A stretch of 63,982 nucleotides of DNA, the filler included, from Dimargaris cristalligena (Eukaryota): the NCBI GenBank assembly GCA_003614675.1. It is 5 parts of 5 records of this genome, joined end to end, with 100 filler letters (N's around TTAATTAATTAA, not from the genome) between each part and the next. Parts side by side here need not be neighbours in the genome. Positions count along the whole stretch, not along the records: positions 1 to 13,241 come from ML002999.1; positions 13,342 to 26,576 come from ML003000.1; 3 more parts are not named here. One strand, given 5' to 3'. This document shows positions 1-13,859 of the stretch, piece by piece; position 1 is the stretch's first letter; each line of letters begins with the position of its first letter. The notes under the pieces are model-generated. The model had not been told where the DNA came from, made no database searches, and saw only the letters and a program-made list of their open reading frames with translations. The position numbers and the translations under genes were made by a program.

Positions 1-384
1 TAGTGTGCATATTTTTGCATATATAGGAAACTTTTTCCCCTCTTTTTTTCTGTGTATCAAATTTTAGTGTTAAATTTTAGTGTCAATTTGTTTAGGGTTA
101 ATTTTCTTCTACTTTTTTTCTTTACAATAAAACTACATTTACTATTACTTTGGATTACTTGGATTTATATACCTTTGAAAGTTGTGGTTGCCAAGGAAAT
201 GGTCCTTTTGAGCTTCCAAACTGGTATTTTTCATATTGGATTACTTTGGTTCAAAACTTTATATAGTTGGTTTTATTATTTTTCATTTCAGTGATAAACC
301 AGTTCTCCTGGAGAAGCCACCCTGCCCTTTTGATAGTATTTTTGTTGTTCATTTTAGTGGCCTGATACCACCACACTGTGACAC

Positions 385-635
385 CGGTTAGTACCTCAGC
401 TTATTCTGACCCCTTAGTTTACCCCCAATAAACCCTATATACGCTCGCCCCCCATACTGACTAGTAAGTGTGCATCAGTGCACGTCCCCCACATATGCAT
501 TAACACTCGCTTTATTAGGTTAGTACAGTCCCACCTAATGCTAGTAGCCCACTTGGCCGTGCCAATGCCCCACCTACCATTAGAAGCCTATCCCCGAGAC
601 TCTTGATAGACTAAGAGTGGTTAACTCGGGCAACA
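385..635 (+). repeat. Partial solo LTR (3' part), family A
   Basis: Shares ...ctaatgctagtagcc...accattagaagcctatcccc..gactcttga..gactaagagtggttaac... with 24832-25417 and 51201-51750; ends in CA at 635. The 5' boundary is approximate. Confidence 0.7.
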
Positions 636-3600
636 GGGTGGGTGCGGTATTTTCTGGGATAATGGATATTTCTAAATATGGGCAGATAGTATCATCATTT
701 GTGAAAGACTCAGCATCTCCTGGGAATATCTGGTTACCTGATATTGGTGCTTGTAAAGGCACTAGGCTTGTGGCCTTCATGTTTAGGCTTTATTAGAAGG
801 CCAAACACAATGCCAGGCCTAAGCATGAATGGGTGGTACTATTGTTACTTAGTATTTGCAATAGACTATGTTTATCAATTCTACTGCTTAATTATACTGG
901 ATAGGAAGAGAATATTAAAGTCTGAAGCAGAACAATGGGCCATAATGGTTACCGGGAATTAAAAGGACTGTCCTCCATAGGGCCCAAGTCAGTTCAATGG
1001 GCATGGTACAATTGTTCAATGCAAAGTGTCTGCCATTTATTCCATAGTGGAAGGTTTCAGTTGGACTTCAATATGTGATTTGGTATCAATACTCCTATAC
1101 CCCACTTGCCACACCCAACTACTTACTGAGATTAAACGAGCCACTTAAAAACTATATAAACCCCCCGCATATCCTCCCCTATGACTGTTCAATCATATGC
1201 ATTTTAAAACCCGAGTTTAATCACAATGCTAACAATTATTAAAGGTGATGAGGAATGGCCTAGTAGGGATTACCCTACGGCCAGTCCGATTGCCCCAATT
1301 ATAAAGCCCATTGTTTGGGCTTTCAAGAAGGTAAGTGCTCTTAATTTATATATTTCAATGCTTTTCGTGGCAAATTTAGTGGTCCTGCACTTGTTTATAT
1401 ACTGTCTCTGTGATTAATATTTCATTGGGGTAGTATGCTAAGAGCTAACATTGCCAGTTTCACCACCAGCCTGGTCAAAGAGGGGAGCAATGTATCAGTG
1501 GCTCATTACCTCAATGGAAGTATTAAGTTTGTAGTTCATTATGCTGTCTTTAAAGATAGTTCCTTCCAAGTGAAATCTCGTTATAATATTTTGGACTTTC
1601 TCCATGCTATATAGGCCAATTTCTAACTCTATGCTGTTATCTTCTCATTCTTTCTCTTTATAATGTCCGTGTCTAGATTAAACATATATTTGGGTCACGC
1701 AGGTAAATGCCTCAAAAGAGCAACCGATATACCTTTCACTCTCTCACCATCCTCCTGCAAGAGGCCTCACCAATCCGCCATGCCCGAGTCAATTAAGGGC
1801 CAACCCCGACACACTCTCCTTTCCGTTGGGCTCAACCATGGTGGCCATAACTACCCCAGGATATGTACCTAGCTGCTGCAATAATCTTCCCTGCTGGCCC
1901 ATATCCTAGCATACTTATTTCTGCCCACTTTTTTCCTACCAACTCTTTGCTCATTAATTTAGAGCACTCGGCTAGCTGTAGTATCCACATAATACACAAC
2001 GTGGTACTATATATTCCCACATTTTTTCATAATATTAAATTTTCTTACGCAAAATCCGGGCTCATTTCTACAATTATATTTGTTGCCTTAGTATCGTCAA
2101 TTGAGAAATCTACCATTGCTATAGGAAAAGAAGACAAGAGTGGTAGTGACGAAATGTTCCAATGGCACCAATAATGGGCTTAGTGAACCATGTCCATAAG
2201 ATATTTCCCTACATCATAAACAGACAGTTACCCACCCAACTGTATCCCTGAATAATCATTAATTGAAAGCCATCGCCTCCATATCTCATACATATGGGTA
2301 CCAATATGCCTATCATAATAGGGCGACTCCTAATATATATGGCCTTCTCAATAAGCATCGATTTCTTACTCTCTAGATCTTTACTGCATACCTCAGTCCA
2401 ATTTGGATCCCATTAAACATAGTCAGTGTTTTGTATAATTTACAATAGTCCTCCATTTAAAAATCTCATAAAACCGGTCTGTCGATTTTAAATGAAGGAC
2501 ATTTCTCTTCTATGAAATTCGACGGATTTTGTGAATATCTATTCAATTAAATTCATAATGTGGATACTATGAGGGAAAAATAATTGGCGACCCTCTGTCA
2601 TCTATATGCTGCTCCTCATTGTTGAACAGTACGAATTAGTAATCAGTGAATTGTAAGGATTGGCGAATTTAATGTCTCCGCTGAAACCGTTAAGTGGAAA
2701 ATCTATCACTGAAACAGTGGTCTGCTGGATAGTCAGGGCCGCTAACGACGAAGTACCTCTCATGAATGACTGCGAATACCTCAAATATTATAATTTCTAA
2801 TTTTCATTCGGTCGTATTTGAACCTGCCTATTATGATCTCAAAAACGGGGGAATAGTTCAGAATGCAATCCTAAGCTAAGGTCTGGGTTCCGAGTACGAC
2901 ACCCGGTCTTATTTTCTAGTTCGTATCGCACCCAAGTATTTTCTAATGACTGTTATTTAGCCCGTTTTCGAATTTTTATACATGTTGAAATGGGCATTCA
3001 TTTATATTTCTGAGTAGAAGTCAGTGGGAGTGAAGTCGCAAGTGACCTTGAGTTCTTGAGTGCGCAATTTTTGACTCGATTTTATAGGTATGTTTGATTT
3101 CTACTTTTATAAATACATTGTCAGTCATTTAATAATTATTCTTATTTTGCCCCATCCCAATTATGTCTTTTGGTTTAAGGCATCCTCAACGACATTGACT
3201 TCTGACTTGTTCCTTTTCCTCTATCTCCCAGAGACTGGCGGTTTAACCGTAATACCCCCCCCCCTCCCTGACATGGTCCGGTTCTCCCCCACCCGGTAGG
3301 ACTACGCCAAACTTTCCCAGTTATGCACATATGCCCCCTGACGGCGAGGCCCTTTGGGATGAGCATCAGCGAGTCCACAATTAAACATAGGTAAAATGGA
3401 ACAAGACATTGTTGGTGAATGGGGGCTATAGTTGAAGCACTGAGAGATGTCTGCTCATGCAATACACTAATTTGGGCTTAATACTATGGTTTTTATTCCA
3501 ACTGTCATGCCTGAACCCTCAGATTCTAACTATCATTTCATTTATTAAGTCTGGATGTCAAATGTTTTTTGTTTTTTTTTTGTATTTCTATTGGCAACCA

Positions 3601-4682
3601 GCCTGGTATTTTATCCCCACTTTTTTCACTAATGGTATAGTCTACTCTGTTGGCTGAATCGCGGCTGGTCAACGCTCCACTGAATTTTACATTTTAATAC
3701 AACATATTGTTGGGCTATTTTTACAAAACATGAGAGTTTAGTTCAGTTTTTGAAGGCAATTTAATTATTAGAGCATCGCTAAATTACCATGTTAAACCAC
3801 TGGTGCTAATCGACTCTCCGAGTATGGGGTGCCCGTTTGTACTAGTCTCTGATCGGCAGGTTTTTGGGGCCTAACCATAGTATATAGTATCGACTACACC
3901 AGGCAGTACTCTTCCTCATTTAAAAGTTGGCAAGGGTTTCCATATTTTAATGAGCTAAAAAAAATGGAACCCTATAGTTGTGAAGAATGAAACTCGCAAA
4001 AAGAATTACAAAACAAGATCACCTGTGATTTCAGCAATCGCTTATCAATCTGACAATGCATTGAAATTCATATTATATTGAGAGTGATCAACTTGATATT
4101 CTAAATAGTCGGATATTCAATCTCTTTTATTACCACAGAATGACGGATCTCCACCCACACTGACATTATATTCGGAATTTCCATCGAATTTTCAAGTACG
4201 TTGACCGATTGCTGTCTTTGGTGAATAGTCCAATGGGTGGGATGGGCGGCAGGCCTCCGTCGGAAATAACAGCCTAGTTGACCACTTAAAATCAAAGAGG
4301 GGACTGGGCGCAGGCTTGGTCAAACATTTCGATATCTACTGGCTGTAGGCATCTTATACCAGTGCGTGAACACCTCTGCTGTGAATTGGTAACAGGTCAG
4401 AACTGGCCAAATCAGGCCATTCGCTGACTCACTTCTCCCAACTGCTATGGACTAAGCATGGTATATCCGCTATTTTAAAGCACGATCATTAGGTAAGGGT
4501 ATTTATATTGCCTTCTATTAAAGTCTATAACCAGTCCGGTTTAAATAATACATAAGTATGTGACTACAAAATAGGTATTTACATTATACATTGCCAACAG
4601 GGCGCAGAGTCCCAAATTCATACTAATAACACTGACCCGGACCGAACGGGATCGCCTACCATCATCCCTCCCACCCTGGGAA

Positions 4683-6308
4683 CTATTTAAAGTCACGGGC
4701 CTGGTGGAAATGGGCCATGATAAACTTGGGCAGAATATCCTGCATCAGCAGCTGGCACACTTCGTCTTTGGCCGTGTCGAACATGGCCAGAGTGGGGGCA
4801 TTGCGCTCAATCTGGTCGGTAATGGTCCGCAGGGTACGGCCACTGAGGTTCACTTCCCACATGGCATCGGGGGCACAGAACCGCTGGTAGAACAAGAAGT
4901 AGTGGTGCCGCAGGGTGCTCTTCACGGGGCGGTCCCGTTGGTGGGGCAGCTCGTCGAGAATCGAGGTGGTGATGGAGAAGTCGTTGTAAGTAGTGGCGGG
5001 AAGGGTCTTGGTGGGTTTCTTGAGGAGAAGGTCCACCAGCTTCGATGAGGAGGCGGGGGCGTAAGAAGGAACCGCGTCCTCGTCGATGGGCGCTAACGGG
5101 AGTGTAAACGTCTCGGAGGAGGACTGGTTCGGCAGATGCAACAGGTCAGAGTGCAGCGGGTCGGAGGAAGTCAGGTCAAAGGGCGGGGGTAAAGAATCGA
5201 GACTATTGATTATTTCCATGCTACTCTTCTGGGACGGGATTTCCATTTTGATGTCGGTCACCTTGGACTCCCAGATGAGAAACTTGAGCTTGCGGTATTC
5301 GTTCAGGAACAGCGCCAGCTCAGAGCAGAAGTTGAGCTCGCAGAACTTGCAGAGTTGGGCCATCCACTGCGGGTCTTCAGCGATTTGGATAAAGGTCTGG
5401 CGGATAGAAAGACCTTGCTGGGCCGGATGATCGCCCGGAACATTCCGGAACTGGATAAGGGGAACCACGACGGCGGATACTTGTAAAATGACCATATTAA
5501 TGGACAGGAATAGGGTGCTGTTGAAATAAATTTCCTTGTCCTTTTCAATGGCTGACTCCATGATATAAAACGAGGGCACCAGAATGGCGCTACTAAGACA
5601 TGCCACTAACAAATCATTCCGGATAAGGTAGGCGTCTCGAATCCGCCGAATTTTAAACATGGTGATGGGAAATACCACCAGACAAACCAAACCCACCAGG
5701 ATAGTGACCGGGATAATTTCCCAGCCTATACTGCACCAAATAGTGTTACGGCCCATGGCGTAGTCGTCGGACCGGACCGCAATCACGGTCAGGAAGCAGG
5801 CTAAAGGTACGGAAATTACCAGCAGCGCGAGAAGCATCCGCCGATCCAGGGTATCGTACTTGAAGAAGGTGCGGTGGCGTTCCCAGAAGGTTTCGGGTTG
5901 CTCGGGACTTTCCAGCCGGATGACTTTGGCGCGGTTGGAATAGTTCATGACCCAAAGACGAAGGGCCTTGAGGAAGACCACTAGGTTCACCTGTAGGAGG
6001 CCGAGGTACGTGGGCCAGATGATAGCGGAACAGGTAATGTCGACGATGCTCCGCAGCGCGAAGACAATAAAGACGAAGTAGCCTAGGACGGAACCGGCGA
6101 GCGTAAGACCGACCGACCGCCGTTGCAGCTCCCGGGAAGTTCGGCTTTTAATGAGGAAGAGGACGGTGGACACCAGGAACATGGCCGTTACAATAGCGAT
6201 AAAAGGAGCTATTATCTTGGTCTTTGTCGCAAAAATGGACTCTAGTTTGGCCAAGTCAAAATCGGCAAATGCCTCAGTACCCAAGTAGTTGTTGGGGTTG
6301 AACGCCAT
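4683..6308 (-). CDS. 7-transmembrane receptor with C-terminal RGS domain (fungal GprK-type GPCR-RGS)
   Basis: First ATG at 6308 (MAFNPNNY). About seven hydrophobic segments, then RGS motifs (FCELNFCSELALFL; FYQRFCAPDAMWEVNLS; AMFDTAKDEVCQLLMQDILPKF). Confidence 0.8.
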   Translation of the reverse strand: MAFNPNNYLGTEAFADFDLAKLESIFATKTKIIAPFIAIVTAMFLVSTVLFLIKSRTSRELQRRSVGLTLAGSVLGYFVFIVFALRSIVDITCSAIIWPTYLGLLQVNLVVFLKALRLWVMNYSNRAKVIRLESPEQPETFWERHRTFFKYDTLDRRMLLALLVISVPLACFLTVIAVRSDDYAMGRNTIWCSIGWEIIPVTILVGLVCLVVFPITMFKIRRIRDAYLIRNDLLVACLSSAILVPSFYIMESAIEKDKEIYFNSTLFLSINMVILQVSAVVVPLIQFRNVPGDHPAQQGLSIRQTFIQIAEDPQWMAQLCKFCELNFCSELALFLNEYRKLKFLIWESKVTDIKMEIPSQKSSMEIINSLDSLPPPFDLTSSDPLHSDLLHLPNQSSSETFTLPLAPIDEDAVPSYAPASSSKLVDLLLKKPTKTLPATTYNDFSITTSILDELPHQRDRPVKSTLRHHYFLFYQRFCAPDAMWEVNLSGRTLRTITDQIERNAPTLAMFDTAKDEVCQLLMQDILPKFIMAHFHQARDFK

Positions 6309-9300
6309 TGCGGTGGTTTGATCGGCTATTATGGGGAGATGGGACGGCAATAATAACAGACCGAGGTATGTCAACTGCGTATCCGCTCGGTAGAAGGGGA
6401 TATTCGTATGTATAACAACGGCAAATTGCGGTAGAAAATTGGTCAAGTTGGGAAGCTCGTTAACAAGGAATAGGTCGGGGTGGATTTTTTGCCAATACGC
6501 TGGAATAGAATATAGGGGGAGTTGAATAGGGTATTATTAGGAGAAAAGATAGCAGGGGTACATATGCAGAGACCGATAACTACAGGTACAGAGCAGATTA
6601 TCGACGAGCAGGCCTCGCGAAGGAATATAAACGAAAAACGTAGGTTAAGAAACCGAAAGATTAAATCCTACGTTACAAATATATAGGTAATGTACATGGG
6701 GTAGTTGGCGGTTGGCTTCAAAATGAATTAGCCGTGGGTAAATGGTGAATGAAAGAGTAGTGGAGCAACATTCATTAACATAGGTCCACCTGAGGCCCCG
6801 ACTGGCTTATATATAACTGTGTTACCAGAGCAAAGCGAGCTGGCCTAGATAGGTGAGGGATAGCCTCCTCCCACCCACCCCCCATACTACTGGCGGTAGC
6901 ATAAAGGAGATTATGAGCCAAAGAGATAGAGAAGTAATAGGTGGTCAATAAAAGATGATTGACACAATGGACTCGGTGCATCCCCTAAATGGGAGAAAAT
7001 AGGAATGGTGGGCTTGAGGGCGAGGTCGGGAAGGGTAGAGACCACCAGTGCGGGAAGGGACAGCTGCCGTTTATGGAGGCGTATCGTGATTGTTTGACAG
7101 CTTAGAAATGAAAGGGTCATCCCGGCACCTGCAACCAACCACAAATGAATGATGCCCGCGGTTCGTAAAAGTTTACATCGATAGCTCCAATGTGGATGCC
7201 TGTAATGGTGGGGTGGGTAGCCTTTTCGCCTAAATCTGCCGGGCTATTGGTGGAACTGATTAAGTGGTGAGAGGATTTGGGGCTTGCATTACTCGATTAA
7301 TGGGAAAAGTAGTAACTAAAGCAACCTATAATAACCCAGTAAACTGAAATAGACCCGGCCACAGTATACTATGCTGGCAGTAGGGGATTAAAGCGAATCT
7401 AGCCTTGTTATTCTAACTGGGGGCATAGCTACGAAGTTTCCCGACCTGGACCTTGCTTTCCGAGCTGGGTTTTTTCACCATCCCCCGTCTCCAACATGCC
7501 CTGGGTGGCCTCGAAGGAGGTAAGGTAGCATGTGTTATATAAGGAGCCAATGGTTGCACTCCTTCAGCAGGGAAATAGCCTAGGCGTATATCGATAGCCG
7601 CAGGGGATTTGCTGCCTCTTCTACCCAGTCACGTCTCTATAGGTCAGCTGAATGGAAGACTTTCCCAGCCTCAACCGCGGGCATTTGTCGAACGATGGGA
7701 TGCTCTCTGGTCGATCATTGACGATACCTCAAGTACGAAAAACGCCTTGATCACTCCCTATAAAGGGGGGTGGACTCTTCGGGATAATATTATACCTTCC
7801 GATTAACGCAGTGATCAGGATAAATTAAAGGAAATTTAAAAGACTTGGACCGCGTGCCTAATGGTAAATCGTCGGTAGAGCTGCAATGGAAAGCGCGAAT
7901 AGAATCGAAAGGATTAATATGGACATATGGGTTGGAGGAACTGAAATTGGGCCATGCGAATAGCTTGTTTGGCCTTCTCGCTTGGTCTGGATGAATAGGG
8001 CACATTGGAGTACTGAGCTGTTTTCGTCGGTATACACCCATAGAGCGGAGGTAAAACGGTCAGCGGCCACCATATTTGCTGGCCCCATAAGTGCTAAATC
8101 CTCAAATTTAAAAAACGTGAACGGAACCGGTGTTGAGCCGGGTGTTTACCCCGCCCGTCTATTAAGCCAGCCCAGGCCGCCTGGTCCAGACTATTCGCCT
8201 ACGAGAACGGGTTCTAGATTCTACGGAGGTAGGACACTAAGCCTTAGCTTCTCCCCTCCAAGCCCCAGGGATTCTTGGCGGCTAACAGGGCCCAAATCCC
8301 TGTGCTAAAAAAATATTCCGATTTCGCACGCTGGTTCGCCCACCAATGGATAATGAATGTACCGTCCTCAAAACCTTGCACCGCCTGAACCGCAATAGCC
8401 CAAATAACAGTCGGTTCGGCCGAAAGGCCAATGGCCACTAACCATTCCAAGGCAATTTCCCCCGCTCGACCTGGCGTTAGGGGTGTGAGAAAGCGGATCG
8501 GCCGCGCCGCGATGGGATCCCTGGCCTCCCTGAACTCCAAATGGCCTTAACGGGAGTGTACCATAGACTGTAAAATTTCAAACGCGGATTGCCCAATCTG
8601 AGCTGCATGGTTGGCATATAAATCTCTTTAGAGATACCTGTGATGTAAGACCATTACAAATCCCCGCCTGATAGTTTGCATGTGGTGCACTGTTCTTTCC
8701 GGGACCCTGCCCTGGAATCCCCGTTACCACGCTGATGTAGGCAAAAATTGGAGTAGTGAAACTTTAGCCCCCTTGTGAAAAGGCCATTTGGTATGGGCGT
8801 TGTCTTACTGGTGGTAATGGACTTACCCTAATTACACATGGGCTAAGGATCCCGTGGTTTTGTCAAATAAGAATAACTCTAAACTTAGTTGGCTTTCGGG
8901 TATATCTAACTCACCTGTTGCAATAAGTATCCGTGTGTATCTCTACCAAACGAAAACGGTGTATGATTGGGGGGGTATTCTCTTTAACAATCTACTACCA
9001 ATATTGACCCGCCCTGTGTGACCGACGAGTCGGATACGTTTGCGTACAAGATGTCTATAGTAAAGGCTTCGAATAAAAAGACACATTGCCCATCCTAGTC
9101 TAGCCCCACCCTCACCGCCAAATGGCATCGGTTCAAATGGCTGGATCTGTTATTAGAGACGGGAGAGGCCACCCCACCAGCTCGGCTCTTTCCTCGATGG
9201 ACTGGATAGTGGCTATTCACCAAATGGTTTGACTATCACCACTTCTTCTACCTACCAACTACGTGTATCCGGAGGCCTTTTTCTGGCTCCGTTTGCAGTC

Positions 9301-11009
9301 CCAAATCCACTAAAGAAACCACAATCTGGCACACCGTGTCAAGCTATACCAGTAGAATCACGTAATAGTAACTACCGGTGGTTGCCTCTTCCGAATACAT
9401 CCCCAGTGACTGATGAAGCAGGGGGCAAGTGGCTGCTGAGGAGCCCTTGATTGGAGAGGTCCACGAGGATGTGGGAAATTAAATGAAGTGTATCAGGGGG
9501 GGAGAGAGAGAGAGTCTCACCTGAAAATTGGTGCATTTCCCACTGCTGGCTGGCTCAATGGTGAGCCGGGTTGCCGGGTTATTTCCCCATAGTAATCAAG
9601 CGGAACAGTGGATTGTCCCTATTTGTATCGAGCAGTTCATGACTGATACTAGCTTGATCCTCCAAAACGTCAACCTAGTATTCTCCCAGGGCCTTGAAAT
9701 CCCACCATATTCAATCACGGGGGGCTTATTCGTTTCGTGTAGACTGGGCTGGTAGATTAGGCATCTGGGTATCTTAATACACATTGGGCTAGCTCTGTAA
9801 TACGCCATTCGATAAAATAAAAAATGTAGTACAGTGGCAACCGCCAGCCGATACTTCACCCTGCCGCAAATAGAAGGCTGGAATTCTACCAATCGGCCAC
9901 TATGCCGATACTGTGCGAGAACGAAACCAAGGAATATGTTAGTATAACCCACCTAGGCCCGCACCTGACTTGAATATTATGCCAAAAATAACTAAACGGT
10001 AACATACACTCCTCCCTCACAATACAGGATTTTGGTTTATTTTCAAACTGACTGGGTCTTACCCCCACAAAGTCTTAGCCACAGTCCTCATTGTGCTCGT
10101 CGTCAAACAATGGTTCATTAAGTAATGTTCAACGCCACATATTACCCTAGCTTTATATTTTGCCATTGAGATATTTTCAGCGAGCCGTCTAGATATTGGT
10201 TCTGTATGTTTACACCGCTCAATCTGCTTACACAAGCATTCCCTCAAAACCGCCACACTCACTCCACCCTCCCCATGGGGCAGGCCATTCAACAAATGTG
10301 GGATTTGAAATACGCAGGCTATTAAAGGCACCTTTTAGAATATATCCCGCCGTGAAAGAAGATATGTAACCGGATGACAATGCTAGAGAATTCCCAAAAA
10401 ACTGAACACTGAAACCTTTGTATTGGGACTATGGACACATACTGGCCAGCCCTTCTGGAAAGATATGAATACTAAACCTATGTCTAATGCGCCTTCATTA
10501 AAGACCAGGAATAAAGGGTTGGCCTTCACGAATGCCCCCATTAAATATGCATTCTATACTATTCTAAACTAGCATGGCAAGTATAACATTTATATTGAGT
10601 ATAAATTCGACATTATTGTCCGCTGGACTACTGGTATAGTGTTGCCATCGCCACTACTATTCTCCCCCTACCCGCCTGGATTTGTGCAGGCCATTCTCCC
10701 CATTACACGCCCCCTCCCTCTCCCCCCGTCGCAGTAGTATCCAAAGTGGGGTTTTTTTCGCCCTTCACTAAATCAACATTCTCGCTCCCCCCTTCATCGC
10801 CCACCCTGGGGTTCTTTTGCCAATCGTTTCTCATCCATTCGTTGCCAGTTGGGCCATCTCTCGAATTCCTTTTTATTTAGAAAACGCCATAGTGTAACCT
10901 CCCTCCCCATTTATTATTATTCTTTCCACCCAACCCCGCCCTTATACTACTACATTCTTCTCGGACCCCAAACCTCATTCCCTCTCCCTTCCTACACCCT
11001 CCCCGCTTG

Positions 11010-12664
11010 ATGGACTACCGTGCGGCCGCCACCCAGAGCCTCAAAGCCCCCGCGAAACCCGCGGCTCCGCCCGCGGGCCGGGCATTGCGAGCCTCCGTTT
11101 CTGGCCATGGCTCTCTATCGGGGACCGCCGGCGCCACCACCACTACCACTGTTACTGCTACTGCCGTGGCTACGCCGCCCGAGAAGACCACCACCCCGCC
11201 GAAACAAACCCTTAAAACTACCATGGGTGCCAATCCACCGGCCGCTACCCACGACCCCAGCAAGAATGCAAAGGCCCCACAGCCATCAACCGCCAAAGCG
11301 ACACCCGCTTCCGCTCCCGTGACTAATGGCAAAGATGCGGCGGTTAGTGGACCCGCTCCGACGGCCAAGGCAGCCCCCGGAGCCACCATTTCTTATTCCG
11401 CGGCGGCGGCAGCAGCAGCGGCCAAAGCTAAAGCTCAACCGGCCCCTCGTCCGGCTGCCTCCGCTTCCACCCCTACTCCGACTCCGACTAAGCCGACTGG
11501 CGGTCCTCCGGGACTTCCGGCTCCGACCCCGACTCCCAGTAATGGCGGAGGAGCAGCCCCCCCAACCGGCCCTTCCACCGATAAACCTAGCCCATCTAGT
11601 TCTGCCACCTCACTAGCCATTCAGCAGGCCCGGGGACACTACGTCTCAATCACCACGGTGGATGACCGTACCTTTGAGGGCCTTATTTATAACTACGACT
11701 TGGTGACGGGATGCCTGGTCCTTCTTTCGGATATTAAGCCGGAAGATCGGTCACGGTTGGCTCCCGACACTTCGGCTTCGGCGACCCCAGCTGCCAAGCC
11801 AGATACCGCTAAAAACTCCCGTCCCGCGATGTGCCCACCCCCGGCTAGTCAGCGCGCCCAAATTAAAGCCCCCCAGGGAAAACGGGTCGATATCATCATG
11901 GTCAAGCAGATTAAGGCATTCGCTTTGATGACCTCCGGAGCCACGACCGAACCACCTCGCGGCTCGGGTCCGATGGCACAAGTCCTACCTATTAAAGAAA
12001 TCCCCGCTTCCATGGTGTTGCAGACCTTCGCCCCCCAATGGGTGAATATCGAAAAGGTGCAGCAGCGGTTCAACCAGAGCCTCAAGGAAACGGAAGACTA
12101 TATTCTCAAAATTGGTGTTGGCGTGACCCAAGAGGCCCAATCGATCTTTGACGCTTTGAACAAAACGTAAGTCTAGATTGATATATATTTATATATATAA
12201 ATGGCATAATCCTAATCCACTCGCTCTGTCAAACTGGTATAAAACGGCTCATGAAGGTACCCCCTTGCCATACCGGACTTATACGTAATGTGCACCATTA
12301 TGCCATAATTGCATTTGTACTGTTTGATATCCCTCAGCCTTCCCTGCCGTTGGGCCAAGGACTCTATAGTCGTACTGGATGAAGTAATTATTAAGCCCCC
12401 CTATGAACCCGAGAACTGCCTGGCCAATCCATCTGCTGCGTCGCTGCTAGCCCGGGTGAAGCTAGTGGTAAGTATTGTGTTTACTCAATATTTATATATA
12501 TTCAATAGAAAGATATCCCCCTATGCGATACAATCATCGGGTATATTGGACCAATTTGGCCTAATCTTCCCCTTTCATTTCTTCAAATATCCGTATATCA
12601 CATCTGTACCGTCGAATTTCAGCTCCAAGGGGAACGTCATCGCCTTGTCAATACCGCCAATTAA
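11010..12664 (+). CDS. LSM12: LSM12-like protein (Lsm domain + anticodon-binding AD domain), 3 exons: 11010-12166, 12338-12467, 12623-12664
   Basis: Lsm fold VSITTVDDRTFEGLIYNYD. AD domain IGVGVTQEAQSIFDALNKT|LPCRWAKDSIVVLDEVIIKPPY...ARVKLV|LQGER, joined by GT-AG introns that keep the frame. Confidence 0.85.
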
Positions 12665-13241
12665 TGACCCAACACCTTTCCAGTCACTTCAATCCCTTTA
12701 CAATTGTGCAGAGTAATACTAGTGGATATTACAGTCATTTCCTTTATGCTTCTCGTGTTGCCTTTTTTTCAGGTCCCGTGTCTATATAATCCGCCTTGTC
12801 TCCCCCCCCCCTCATTGATTGCTGTTGACCTACACTACTGTCTCCCTATACAGTTCCACTAATATCTCACTTACCATCCCAACCGCAGGTTTATTACCTA
12901 CAGTGTCTTATGAGTGGAATACTTCATCTTTATTTGCGATATTTAGCGATGCCTTTACTCTTGCCTCTCCCTATCCCCCCATTTGACACTGCCTATCTTT
13001 CATTCCGCCTTTTCAGTACGCATTCTTTTATTTCGGTATATAAATATTTTAAAAAGAGTTGTTTAAATGGTATAGCTTGAAATTATTTCCAGATATCAAT
13101 TTGTAAAAGATATACCATGTGCAATGCCGCCTGATATTGTATTGAATGTCAATGAATGAAGCCCGACGGAGTTTTAACAAGTTTTTACCAAAATCATACA
13201 TAAAAAAGCTGTGGCACTGATTATTCCCAAGCGGTCTCCCA

Positions 13242-13341
13242 NNNNNNNNNNNNNNNNNNNNNNNNNNNNNNNNNNNNNNNNNNNNTTAATTAATTAANNN
13301 NNNNNNNNNNNNNNNNNNNNNNNNNNNNNNNNNNNNNNNNN
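13242..13341. other. Artificial contig spacer (N44-TTAATTAATTAA-N44)
   Basis: Six-frame-stop linker between N runs; identical at four positions. Confidence 0.97.
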
Positions 13342-13510
13342 ATAATAATATTAGTCATCACAAAGGATAGGTAATACTTGGGTAACCAATAAATTCAATG
13401 TGAAATAATAGAAGGGAAAAAGGGAAAAAGAGAAAGCTATTTTTAACTGTACTTTGAACAGGGGTGCAGTCAAGCCAGGGGTAGTGTGAATGCAGGGGTA
13501 CAGTCTGGTC

Positions 13511-13605
13511 AGGGGCTCATTTACTCATCCGGGGTGTACTTCCAATAAGTGTGAAAAATAGATAAAAAATAAATGTAGGTAAAAATGTGGTAAGTTCACC
13601 ACAGG
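13511..13605 (+). repeat. Dispersed repeat, second copy at about 26761-26855
   Basis: ggggctcatt.act..tc.ggggtgtacttcc.ataagtgt.aaaaat...gtaggtaaaaatgtggtaagtt.accacag is present in both places. Confidence 0.7.
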
Positions 13606-13859
13606 AGTCATGACCCCTGCAGGGTAATAGAAATCCTGTAGGGTGATTTTAAATTTTAATCCTAGAGGGCAGGAGCAAAGTGACCAATGTCATCACTTCC
13701 ATTCCTCCCCCTTAATGTACCCACCCATTCCAACCTCTGGTTGTAATACTGCCCCTACCCTTAAGGTAATTTGCTCTCCCACTGCAGGTTTGTACAGGTC
13801 CGCTGGGACCTATTATGTCCAAGTGTCTCAATTAGTTCCCTATCAAACATCCATATTTT

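Noticed and set aside
640..4600. Short ORFs and possible decayed coding sequence
   Set aside because: No recognisable motif in the frames I translated; AT-rich intergenic or relic DNA.
6309..6446. TTG-started N-terminal extension of the 7TM-RGS ORF (similar extensions on DBP3, NDUFB3 and uridine kinase)
   Set aside because: Artefact of alternative start codons in the ORF track; the first ATG was used instead.
7600..10400. Cluster of 60-120-aa ORFs between 7TM-RGS and LSM12
   Set aside because: No domain motifs or consistent strand; cannot support a gene call.
13286..13297. Palindromic TTAATTAATTAA recurring every ~13.3 kb
   Set aside because: Synthetic six-frame stop linker, not biology.
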